Assembly (NCBI GenBank): GCA_947304155.1
Contig: CAMZAD010000003.1
Span: 7,345 to 71,344, forward strand
DNA: 64,000 bases
Source: an uncultured Candidatus Saccharibacteria bacterium
GTDB taxonomy: Bacteria > Patescibacteriota > Saccharimonadia > Saccharimonadales > Saccharimonadaceae
Reading direction: 5' to 3'
A model generated the notes under the pieces. That model did not search any database and was not told the origin of the DNA. It was given only the letters and a program-made list of their open reading frames with translations. Made by a program: the position numbers and the translations under genes. This document shows, in pieces, positions 18,541 through 26,626 of the stretch (position 1 is the first letter of the stretch; every line of letters begins with the position of its first letter).

Positions 18541-21500
18541 CTAATACCTTGGGGCAAGCTCCCTAATATAGGTTGCGATTGCTTCGGAGTTGCCGCCAGC
18601 TTGGGTGCGGGACCAGATATATGTATCAGAGCGAAGGTTGAAGATTTCGGCAGGGGCAGCGGAACCGTTCTTGCTATCGGCATCTTGAACGTTATCACCG
18701 ACCGTGCGGTTCAGGACATTTGTGGTATCAGTACCATAGCCGTGGTGAGCGCCAGCCGTACGATTTAAGATAATGTTTTGAGCAAAGACTGGGCCATTTA
18801 CCATGAGTGTTCTATAACACTTCGATCTCTCCTTAACTGCGGTTATCATATCAAACTGCAAAGAGCCATCTGGATTAAAGCCCACAGTAGAGTCAGCACT
18901 GTTCAAGTTAAAGTCTGAACAAGTGTTAACATCAGTTTCAGAGAAGAGCCATGCATCAATACGATTAACGTCCTGAGTGATGTTGATTTTATTTGCAAAG
19001 ATGAGAATTTGAGGAAGGGTAGCTGGAGCAGTGGTTTTGCTGTTTTTGTAGGTAGATAGTTTTGTAGGATTATAGCTTTGCTCACAGTACTTATTCAACT
19101 CACTTGCACCGATATAACAGATGTTTTTATCGATTGTGACAGTACCAGTTGAATAAATAATTAAGGTGTTATCAACAACATTACCAGAAGAAATGGCAGC
19201 ATCCGACAAGAAGCGCTTTACAAGCATGCTATTATTTATCACAGCAGTATTGTATGAGCTAGCACCAGCAACGGTACCCTTCTTAATTTCTGAAATCTTA
19301 AGATCAGAATTAGTGTAAACATATTGAAGAGCAGATGAGGTTGTATAAAGTTTTTTACTACTACCAGTTCCAAGCGACGCAGAGAGACTTGCGGCCTTAT
19401 CACGATAGCGTGCTTTCATTTTTTCAATCACAGAAGCAACTGAAGTCGAAGCGTTGATTTGACTCTTACCGAGCTCATCTTTATTATCATTGCTAATTGT
19501 AAGTGGGCTAGAATTTTGTTTGAAGGAAGTTGCCTCAAGACCACTTTTTGCAAGCTTCAAGTAGTGATAGCCATTATTGTAGCCAAGACTTGCACCAGAG
19601 CCGAAGCCTTTTACCGTGTTCCCGGCAATAACGGCATAGTCTGCCCATGAGCCGAAGATAGTTTGGGTTGCACTATATCCAGAAGTATCTTCATCGACTT
19701 CCCCCTCGCCACTAGTATCTCCGCCGGTTGAACCATAGCCAATGCCTGCGCGTTTTTGAGTGATTGAAGTATTAATCTTGCCTTCAGTATAGATTGAACC
19801 GTTCCAAACTTGGAAGGTTGGTTTTTTAGCAACTGTGCGGCAAGATGCGTTTGAAATATTCCAATACGAACCGCCGTCCATAGCTGAGCCATCGGGATTA
19901 CTATTAGCAGTATTACCCTTACTATACTGAGTTTTTAGGGTATCTTTAAAGTCGTGAGAATCTGACGGATAAATACCAGCTGCAACACAGTATTTATAAC
20001 CGATATATTCTTTGTCGTCTGGAATAATTGAGACAAGGTTGCGACTTCCGGTTGTGCCGCCGAGACCAGCCATATTGAGATTTCCCTTAACGGAATCGTC
20101 GATAGTATGACATCCGGTTGTGCCAGAATAATACGAACATGGGTCTTTAGTAGATTTCGCGTTACCAGCAATATTGACGCTTTCTTTCTTGGTGGTTGGT
20201 GAAATCAAGAATTCAATCAACACAACCTTACTGTCTGCAGGAGTTGATGTGGCATATTTTTCTGAAGCATTTTTTGTAGTGTATTTATTTGCGCGTGGAA
20301 GAATCTGCCATGAGAAATTCGTGCTAATTGAAGTGCCTTGATATACGATATCTTCGGAGCTAACTGAGGCGGCGATTGAAGTTTCGAAGTTGTATGGTAC
20401 GAAGACATCGGCTATTTTTGTTTGGCGAGAGCCAGCAGAGACTGTGGTGTCATACTTGAAGGTGGTCGGGAAGGATGGAGTACCATAGTCATAGCTATCC
20501 CAACTACCGCCAATTTTATAACCATAGTCAGTAGCAGAGGACCATTGAGTACAATAATTTGGACCATGCACGCTTGTTGAATTCGTATGCCAGTGTCCAG
20601 GAGCACATGCACTAGACCAGTCATTTGTGCCAACATATTCATAGACTCCATTATAGTGTTGCGCGTATGTCCCATAAGTATAAGTATAAGTGCCACACGT
20701 CTTTGAAGTTGGACTTTGATTTGGACAGCTTGGTGTTGGCCCATTCATATTGCCGTTATGCGAAGATAATGCACCCGCAACACTGGTATTTTCCATATTA
20801 CTAATAACTGGTTCTGTTTTAGAAGTTGCACATTGACAGTTTGTTGCAGTAGTATGCTTATACTTTTCATACGCTTTAGCGCTGCTAAACTTATGGAATT
20901 GGGAAACATATTGACCTACTACGCTATTCACACCGGTTTTGGCAGCGGAATTACAATATGCTCCAGCAAGGTCAGGGACTTGATATCCACCGCTAATGAA
21001 ATCGCCATATGCATTACAATCAAAGTCGTAGCTAGTTAGGCTTGGCGAAATAACCGAAATACCATATTCGTCCGTTGAACCCGTAATGTCATTGCCGGTT
21101 CCAGTGACTGTAGCAAAGATACCTTTGGCGGTTGTGATGTGGTTATTATATATCGCTCGTCTAGGTGTAGTGTAATCAGAAATTGGACTGACGTGGGTTG
21201 TATTGTATTGAGGAATTGGATTTGTAACAAAACTGAAATCATCGCCCGTGATAATGTTATTCGCGCCAATTTCAACGTAGTGGTTCGAGAAAGCTGGAAC
21301 TATAGTTCTTTTATCATCCGTTACAGCCGAGACATATTCCGTATTGGTATTTGTCGCCTTTCGGACATACCGATCGCCAACGCAAATCTCATGCAGGAAG
21401 TGCACACTATCCCCTGGTTTCGCCAGGGTATACGTTATTTTATCACCATCCGTCCAACCAGAGTCGGCTGGATAATCAGTGCTATAACGATATGATGAAG

Positions 21501-22485
21501 TTGATGGGCCCCAAGTGTCTGATGAAACGTGCTTGCCATCAAGCGTCATGTTCTCAACCGCAATCCTAGTCTTAGTCTCACCAGCATAAGTTGTCATAGT
21601 GGTTTTTTCTTTACAGTTGATTGGGGTGATGTTTGTTGTGGTTGTAGTAGTGGTAGTGGTTGCCGCAGCATCAGAACAGAACCAACCAAGCTTCTTACTA
21701 CTCCAAGTCATGCCACCATTTTGCGGCTTAGCATAGAACTCAGCGTTTTCCATGAATTTTGCCCTCGTAGTATAGTAGTCCGAATACATCGACGTAATCG
21801 AGCTCCCAAGTGGCACACCAAAAGTTGTGCCGTTATAGACATACGAGTCAGTTGAAGTGAGCATTCCATAATTACTCAGGTAAGTATCGAGTGTTGATTG
21901 TGGGATAATCGGTATGCCATTTGCATCCGTTGAGTAATTCCAGTTGCGTTCATTACCATGCACGTTATAGTTCATAGTTACTGGTCCAACTAGGCCAGAA
22001 TAAACTTTTTGACCAGTTCCTGAGAAAGTATAATACCTTGTAAAGTAGATGTATGCGTAGCCGCCGCCGGTCTTACAGCCCGTAATGCGGATTTGTTTTC
22101 CATCATCGTTAAGCTCGAGGTTTACACCAGGGTTTCTTAGGACGCCATTATATAGCTCGGAGACAGAAAAGTTATCCGACGGAGCAGGAACTTTAAGCCA
22201 GAAACCACCGTTACTACTTGCCGTAGTATCGCTCCAGTGATAGCAATAGTGGTGAACGTTAGTGCCTTCTTTACAAGTTGGAACAGCCGAACCTCCTTCG
22301 CCGGAGCCACCCGTCTGCGTAGTTCCACCAAAAGTCGTTGAGGTGCTACCGTGACCGTGATTGTTCTCTGCGTAAACAATACCACCAATCGCGAGAGCTG
22401 ATAACGCAATTAAGGCAACACCAACAAAATTGGAAATAATATGCCCAACTTTTTCTTTATTAATTCTCGGTTTGATTGATTTCAT
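18541..22485 (-). CDS. Giant (1314 aa) secreted Cys/Thr/Tyr/Asn-rich protein, candidate pilus-associated adhesin
   Basis: Start at MKSIKPRINKEK (GGTGGAGAA SD; ATG 22485 follows the upstream stop at 22487-22489). Signal/anchor is VGVALIALSALAIGGIVYA. No motif I can assign. Contains a TTTTTTTTT run. Confidence 0.6.
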   Translation of the reverse strand: MKSIKPRINKEKVGHIISNFVGVALIALSALAIGGIVYAENNHGHGSTSTTFGGTTQTGGSGEGGSAVPTCKEGTNVHHYCYHWSDTTASSNGGFWLKVPAPSDNFSVSELYNGVLRNPGVNLELNDDGKQIRITGCKTGGGYAYIYFTRYYTFSGTGQKVYSGLVGPVTMNYNVHGNERNWNYSTDANGIPIIPQSTLDTYLSNYGMLTSTDSYVYNGTTFGVPLGSSITSMYSDYYTTRAKFMENAEFYAKPQNGGMTWSSKKLGWFCSDAAATTTTTTTTTNITPINCKEKTTMTTYAGETKTRIAVENMTLDGKHVSSDTWGPSTSSYRYSTDYPADSGWTDGDKITYTLAKPGDSVHFLHEICVGDRYVRKATNTNTEYVSAVTDDKRTIVPAFSNHYVEIGANNIITGDDFSFVTNPIPQYNTTHVSPISDYTTPRRAIYNNHITTAKGIFATVTGTGNDITGSTDEYGISVISPSLTSYDFDCNAYGDFISGGYQVPDLAGAYCNSAAKTGVNSVVGQYVSQFHKFSSAKAYEKYKHTTATNCQCATSKTEPVISNMENTSVAGALSSHNGNMNGPTPSCPNQSPTSKTCGTYTYTYGTYAQHYNGVYEYVGTNDWSSACAPGHWHTNSTSVHGPNYCTQWSSATDYGYKIGGSWDSYDYGTPSFPTTFKYDTTVSAGSRQTKIADVFVPYNFETSIAASVSSEDIVYQGTSISTNFSWQILPRANKYTTKNASEKYATSTPADSKVVLIEFLISPTTKKESVNIAGNAKSTKDPCSYYSGTTGCHTIDDSVKGNLNMAGLGGTTGSRNLVSIIPDDKEYIGYKYCVAAGIYPSDSHDFKDTLKTQYSKGNTANSNPDGSAMDGGSYWNISNASCRTVAKKPTFQVWNGSIYTEGKINTSITQKRAGIGYGSTGGDTSGEGEVDEDTSGYSATQTIFGSWADYAVIAGNTVKGFGSGASLGYNNGYHYLKLAKSGLEATSFKQNSSPLTISNDNKDELGKSQINASTSVASVIEKMKARYRDKAASLSASLGTGSSKKLYTTSSALQYVYTNSDLKISEIKKGTVAGASSYNTAVINNSMLVKRFLSDAAISSGNVVDNTLIIYSTGTVTIDKNICYIGASELNKYCEQSYNPTKLSTYKNSKTTAPATLPQILIFANKINITQDVNRIDAWLFSETDVNTCSDFNLNSADSTVGFNPDGSLQFDMITAVKERSKCYRTLMVNGPVFAQNIILNRTAGAHHGYGTDTTNVLNRTVGDNVQDADSKNGSAAPAEIFNLRSDTYIWSRTQAGGNSEAIATYIRELAPRY

Positions 22486-22486
22486 T

Positions 22487-23299
22487 TTAGTTCTCCACCT
22501 GGCTACTATCAGAATCAACTTTTACGAATTTTTTGAGGTCGTTGTCGTAATAATACATGTTATTTTCCCTGTTTTTTCTCCAGGATTCGCAGTACTCGTT
22601 GCCTTTTTTGATGTCGCCGAGCTTACCATAAAGCCTACATTTAATGTGGTCATAGAAATATTTTTGCTTGTCATTTAGTGTGATTTTTTGCTTATCAAAA
22701 TCCTGGATAAAATCATTGGTTTCACTAGTGCAGTCATATTCTATCGCGACATCATAAAGATATAAAGTATAAAGAATTTTATGCTCTTTTGATGGGTTCT
22801 TTGTTTTTATTAACGCATTGCCATTATCGATAATTTTGGCGCAGCGTAGAATACTATCTTCGTAGATTCCTTCAATTATTTCAGCTTCAATGGTTGCGCT
22901 GAATTTCTTTTCAAGCAATTCGCCACTTGGAATATCGTCAATTTCATAATCGCCAATATTAATATCGGCTGGCTTCTCATAGTTGTCATCGTCAGGAACT
23001 GCGATTGGGACATCCTTTGGCGAAGTAAGACAAATTACCAAAAACACTGCGCCAACAATCAAGGCAACAAGAATGAGAAAAATGCCGAGTGAGAGGATTT
23101 TGTGTTTTTTAATCCAAAGGTTGCGGGAGTTGCGCCTTGCGTCGCGTTTTTCGCGCTTCAGTCTTTTCTTCTCAAGCTCCGCTTCGGAAGGGGCTGTTTT
23201 TTTAGTGTCTGAAGAATTAGCCTCTGGAAAAATTTCCCAAGGATGCTTATTTACCTCATTCACAGGAGGCTGCGAATTATCTTGACCTTCGTTCCCCAT
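22487..23299 (-). CDS. Bitopic membrane protein, unknown function (first gene upstream of the giant protein)
   Basis: Charged N-terminal region, TM ILSLGIFLILVALIVGAVFLVICL, and an extracytoplasmic Tyr/Cys-containing domain. Confidence 0.5.
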   Translation of the reverse strand: MGNEGQDNSQPPVNEVNKHPWEIFPEANSSDTKKTAPSEAELEKKRLKREKRDARRNSRNLWIKKHKILSLGIFLILVALIVGAVFLVICLTSPKDVPIAVPDDDNYEKPADINIGDYEIDDIPSGELLEKKFSATIEAEIIEGIYEDSILRCAKIIDNGNALIKTKNPSKEHKILYTLYLYDVAIEYDCTSETNDFIQDFDKQKITLNDKQKYFYDHIKCRLYGKLGDIKKGNEYCESWRKNRENNMYYYDNDLKKFVKVDSDSSQVEN

Positions 23300-23343
23300 A
23301 CTACTTATGATTATATTTTATGCAAGCAAAATAGTCAACGAAA

Positions 23344-23796
23344 TTACAGATTAAAAAGGAAGGTCATCCATTGGTCGAAATTGGTTTTTTCGTTCAAAAT
23401 TGCCTTCTCTTCGGCAGTGTTTTCTTTGTGCTTATTTTTGGCTTCGTCAGAATTTTTTGGCAGCGCAATCATCGTCTCGCCTTTTTGCTTTTTGTTCTGC
23501 AATTTTCGGGCGGCAAGTTCTTGATATTCTTCTGAAGCGTAGTAATCGTTTTCAAGTTCGTCGTTTTCGACTTGAACCTTCAAATATGCGAGAGTGGTTT
23601 TTCGTTCAATAATTTCCTGCTGCAATTCCCAGTTGCGCATGAGCGAAGAAATTGTGCCAATCATGAAAAAGACAATCATCACAGGAATCGCAAAAAGTAC
23701 CACGCGTTCTGGCGCGAGGATTTCTTGCGTAAGTTTCGCTTTGAGACGGCGAACCTTCGCTTCAAGGCGCTGTTTTCTCGATCGTTTTTCTACCAC
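23344..23796 (-). CDS. Septum formation initiator family protein (FtsB/DivIC-like)
   Basis: Single TM (VVLFAIPVMIVFFMIGTI) followed by a coiled coil and an ...YYASEEYQELAARKLQNKKQKGE motif typical of DivIC/FtsB. GTG start is uncertain. Confidence 0.55.
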   Translation of the reverse strand: MVEKRSRKQRLEAKVRRLKAKLTQEILAPERVVLFAIPVMIVFFMIGTISSLMRNWELQQEIIERKTTLAYLKVQVENDELENDYYASEEYQELAARKLQNKKQKGETMIALPKNSDEAKNKHKENTAEEKAILNEKTNFDQWMTFLFNL

Positions 23797-23822
23797 TTCA
23801 CAAAACCTGTTATGCTTTAATT

Positions 23823-23845
23823 AGTATAGCATTTTGTGCTATACT
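23823..23845. promoter_or_regulatory. Perfect 9-bp inverted repeat carrying back-to-back extended -10 boxes (divergent promoters or an operator)
   Basis: AGTATAGCA-ttttg-TGCTATACT. It reads TGcTATACT on both strands, facing tRNA-Ile2 (+) and the ftsB-like gene (-). Confidence 0.45.
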
Positions 23846-23859
23846 TTTAAAGTACTACT

Positions 23860-23935
23860 GGGGGCATAGCTCAGTGGTTAGAGCAGTCGGCTCATAACCG
23901 ATTGGTCGCTGGTTCAAGCCCAGCTGCCCCCACCA
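23860..23935 (+). tRNA. tRNA with CAU anticodon, most likely tRNA-Ile2 (lysidine-dependent); elongator tRNA-Met not excluded
   Basis: GGGGGCATAGCTCAGTGGTTAGAGCAGTCGGCTCATAACCGATTGGTCGCTGGTTCAAGCCCAGCTGCCCCCACCA. The D arm, variable region and T arm closely resemble my recollection of E. coli ileX. The acceptor stem is fully paired. Confidence 0.8.
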
Positions 23936-23950
23936 AAGTTTTTATATAAT

Positions 23951-23973
23951 TCGGCATTTTCGCCGATTTTTTT
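23951..23973 (+). terminator. Weak intrinsic terminator after tRNA-Ile2
   Basis: TCGGC-attttc-GCCGA hairpin followed by T7. Confidence 0.45.
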
Positions 23974-23978
23974 AGTGA

Positions 23979-23999
23979 CAAAAAAGAGCCCCCGGCTCT
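23979..23999 (-). terminator. Orphan minus-strand intrinsic terminator with no annotated upstream gene
   Basis: AGAGCC-ccc-GGCTCT hairpin (23985-23999). The A-run on the plus strand (23980-23985) gives a T-run after the stem on the minus strand. Confidence 0.5.
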
Positions 24000-24141
24000 A
24001 CTACACTAAGTGTGTAAAAGTCGGTAGGTTGGGATATTTAGACGCTCGCCCATACACGGCCTTTTCTACTAAATTTTATATAAGTATTAAGCATAATACA
24101 GCATTTTTGTGGTAGGATTATCAGCAGAAGCGCCTGTCTGA

Positions 24142-24170
24142 TTGACTATTTATAGTTTTTATGGTATAAT
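24142..24170 (+). promoter_or_regulatory. Near-consensus promoter with extended -10 for the 164-aa orphan gene
   Basis: TTGACT 24142-24147, 17-nt spacer, TGgTATAAT 24162-24170. AGGGAGG SD lies before ATG 24217. Confidence 0.7.
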
Positions 24171-24216
24171 TATAGGTATGTAGCACTTTAACTCATTTTA
24201 AAGGGAGGGTTTAAAA

Positions 24217-24711
24217 ATGAAGAGACCAGAAATTAAACAGGCAGTTTTCCAGCCCGGGATGGACCGGGGAATCAACACTATGGTGCTTCGTGAAATCTTC
24301 AAGATTATGGGCGTCAAACACGTCATGAACGAAGATAGCTTCACGGCGCAACCGGGATGGGAAGTATGGGGCGTTCGCATCGAGGACAAGCATGACGAAG
24401 GTGAATCTACCCCGCACTACATTCTAACCGTCGGCGAAGGAGACTTTTTAGGCTGCAAGGCAAAGATGTACTTTGTCCGTTATTGCGACTATCACTCAAC
24501 CGAATTGGGCGATATCGAGACGGCCCCTGGGACTTGGCAGATTACGCTCTGGCTACCTTATCCAAGCTTCTTTGATGAGCTCGGTTGCTATTCTGAGTTA
24601 GAGAAACTAGCACAGAGAATCAGTGATGCTTATGAGGAAGCGATGATCAAGGCGTTGCCAGATTATGAGATCCTTGCCTCAAAAGTTATGCCTGAAGTAA
24701 GGCATGGATAA
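24217..24711 (+). CDS. Hypothetical cytoplasmic protein (164 aa), no recognisable family
   Basis: Strong promoter, SD and terminator define a monocistronic unit. Composition looks more GC-rich than the flanks. No motif recognised. Confidence 0.55.
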   Translation: MKRPEIKQAVFQPGMDRGINTMVLREIFKIMGVKHVMNEDSFTAQPGWEVWGVRIEDKHDEGESTPHYILTVGEGDFLGCKAKMYFVRYCDYHSTELGDIETAPGTWQITLWLPYPSFFDELGCYSELEKLAQRISDAYEEAMIKALPDYEILASKVMPEVRHG

Positions 24712-24732
24712 TCTCTAAGTTTTAGTTCTACG

Positions 24733-24759
24733 GCCTAGGCAATTTGCCTGGGCTTTTTT
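24733..24759 (+). terminator. Intrinsic terminator of the 164-aa gene
   Basis: GCCTAGGCA-att-TGCCTGGGC hairpin followed by TTTTTT. Confidence 0.75.
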
Positions 24760-24793
24760 CTTGCCAAAATTTTTATCAAAATTATTTCAACAA

Positions 24794-25396
24794 TTACAAA
24801 ACTTTCTTCTGCCAAGATTTTTCGCCACATTTTGGACAGCGAAGATGGCGGGTGCGACCCATGTGCATCGCAAAGAAGACTGGCCAGTATTTCGGCACAT
24901 ATTTATGCCCACATTTCTCGCACTTATAATACCCCGCAATCTGTTCGATACGAAGTCCAAAAAGCATCGTCACGATAAATAGAGCGAAGCCAATACCCAT
25001 AATCACCAATCTGTTCCACTCTGGCATATCGATAGCTGCGGCGATAATTACTAGAGTAAAGAGTGTAACGACAGCAATGCCGCCAAGCACCCATTCGAGA
25101 CTGAGCAGCTGTTTATCCTTTTGTTCTTTCTGCCTTGCAAGTTCGAGCAAATTTTCTTCGAGTTTCTTTTCATTATTTTTCATATCTACAATTTCTCCAC
25201 TGAATAAATCATTAATTGTAATCCCAAGAAGTTTGCAGAGAGCTGGCATTTTTGAAGTGTCTGGTAGACAGATGCCGCGTTCCCATTTTGAGATTGAGCG
25301 GTTCGAAAGATCAAGCTCCTCCGCAAGGCTCTCCTGCGTGAAGCCTTTTTCGGCGCGCTTTTTTGCGATGAATTTTCCAATTTTTCTTAAATCCAT
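24794..25396 (-). CDS. Membrane-anchored XRE-family HTH regulator with a C-terminal zinc-ribbon
   Basis: HTH_3 region (FIAKKRAEKGFTQESLAEELDLSNRSISKWERG), two TM segments, and CEKCGH...CPKCGE (CxxC...CxxC). Start at MDLRK (25396) has an AAGGAG SD. The ORF-track start is 25456. Confidence 0.75.
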   Translation of the reverse strand: MDLRKIGKFIAKKRAEKGFTQESLAEELDLSNRSISKWERGICLPDTSKMPALCKLLGITINDLFSGEIVDMKNNEKKLEENLLELARQKEQKDKQLLSLEWVLGGIAVVTLFTLVIIAAAIDMPEWNRLVIMGIGFALFIVTMLFGLRIEQIAGYYKCEKCGHKYVPKYWPVFFAMHMGRTRHLRCPKCGEKSWQKKVL

Positions 25397-25485
25397 TAGG
25401 CTCCTTTTTGTTAATTGTAATTCAATTTTAGTTACTGGGCGCCAAAAAGACCACAAACTGTAGGTAGAATTTTAAAAAACATAAG

Positions 25486-25512
25486 AAAAAGAGCCTTTTT
25501 GGGGCTCTTTTT
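25486..25512. terminator. Bidirectional hairpin terminator downstream of the 68-aa gene
   Basis: AGAGCC-tttttgg-GGCTCT flanked by A- and T-runs. Confidence 0.6.
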
Positions 25513-25535
25513 ACCTAAATAAGCTAAGTCTCTTA

Positions 25536-25742
25536 TTATTTCTTCTTTGAAAGAGTCAAGAAACCGTTGCGTGGGTTCTCGTTAACTTGGCGATCTGCTG
25601 GGAGGTCGCAAGGAGTACCCTTAGCGTTGTTTTCAGTCTTTGTGAAGAAGTAAATCGTTTGAGGTTTACCGCCACGAAGTGTAACTTCTGATTTGTGTAA
25701 GTAATAGGTGATGCCTTTGCTGTTAGTAATGCTGTAGGCCAT
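25536..25742 (-). CDS. Small basic protein (68 aa), unknown function
   Basis: AAGGAGG SD precedes the ATG and a terminator follows. Sequence is MAYSITNSKGITYYLHKSEVTLRGGKPQTIYFF... Confidence 0.5.
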   Translation of the reverse strand: MAYSITNSKGITYYLHKSEVTLRGGKPQTIYFFTKTENNAKGTPCDLPADRQVNENPRNGFLTLSKKK

Positions 25743-25830
25743 ATTTCCTCCTTAGTTTATATATTCTTATCTTATGCTAGTTTTAATCTGGTGTCAAGGG
25801 ATTACAAGGGGAAAATCAAACTTTTTGTGC

Positions 25831-26616
25831 TTATTTTATAATCAAAAGCGCAATTCTTATTAAAATCCAGGTGATAATCCTATAAATAATGATAATTACA
25901 AGGAGTGCAGCGACAATCATCAGAAAGCCAGCAATGGTTGGAGCCCAGACTGGTGAAGCGAAGTCATAACGGAAGAGCGCAGTAGAGGGAATCGTTGCCG
26001 CAATCTGTTCAGTAATATAATCCGAAGCTGGATACTTAGCGATTTCAGTAGTCATACAATTCAAGAAGCCCGGGGAATTCCAAGACCAGCGGTTCTTAAT
26101 CGCAAGTGGTTGGCAGACGGCGTTGGCCTTTGCATAGATGTTACCGTTTGGGTTTTTATCTGTAATAGTTACTGCAATTTCCTTCGCCTTATTAATTGCG
26201 ATTGCGGCGAGACGGTTATACTGGTGTTCAAGATAAATCGGACCAGTACCAAAAGTGAGGTTTGTGATACCATTTTTCTCGACAAAATTCACAATCGTAT
26301 GTGATTCAGTGAACTCCTTTAAAGCCTTCATCTTTTCGGTAATATCGGCAGTAATTTCCTCTTGAGTTTTTTGAGTCGTTCCCTCTGGGACTTGGCCATT
26401 TTCGTCCTCGCCCGCAAGGTCTGCCTCTACTACTGCGGCCTTCAACTCGTTCATTTTAAGGTGGTCAAAGCGCAAAAAAGTTGCAGTTAAAAAGAGAATT
26501 GGAATTAAAACTAAAATCAAGTGCCAGGTGCGGATGCTTTTTCTGAAGTTCAAAAAGTGGTTGGAACGCTGTTCCTTCTGTTCTTCCTTAATTCGTTTCT
26601 TCCAGATACCACCCAT
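25831..26616 (-). CDS. Membrane protein with N- and C-terminal TM segments, unknown function
   Basis: 261-aa ORF. TGaTATAAT lies 9 nt upstream of the ATG. Confidence 0.45.
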   Translation of the reverse strand: MGGIWKKRIKEEQKEQRSNHFLNFRKSIRTWHLILVLIPILFLTATFLRFDHLKMNELKAAVVEADLAGEDENGQVPEGTTQKTQEEITADITEKMKALKEFTESHTIVNFVEKNGITNLTFGTGPIYLEHQYNRLAAIAINKAKEIAVTITDKNPNGNIYAKANAVCQPLAIKNRWSWNSPGFLNCMTTEIAKYPASDYITEQIAATIPSTALFRYDFASPVWAPTIAGFLMIVAALLVIIIIYRIITWILIRIALLIIK

Positions 26617-26626
26617 TGTTATTTAA

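Noticed and set aside
21630-21665. Poly-Thr coding run in the giant protein as a slipped-strand phase-variation tract
   Set aside because: The nine Thr codons are a mix of ACC/ACT/ACA, so there is no homopolymer or perfect short tandem repeat and no obvious slippage substrate.
13975-25800. Possibility that the tRNA-flanked pilus block or the tRNA-Ile2-adjacent orphan genes form an integrated mobile element
   Set aside because: No integrase, recombinase or transposase was seen, and no direct repeat of a tRNA 3' end. The two tRNAs differ in sequence. This is kept only as a weak hypothesis in the findings.
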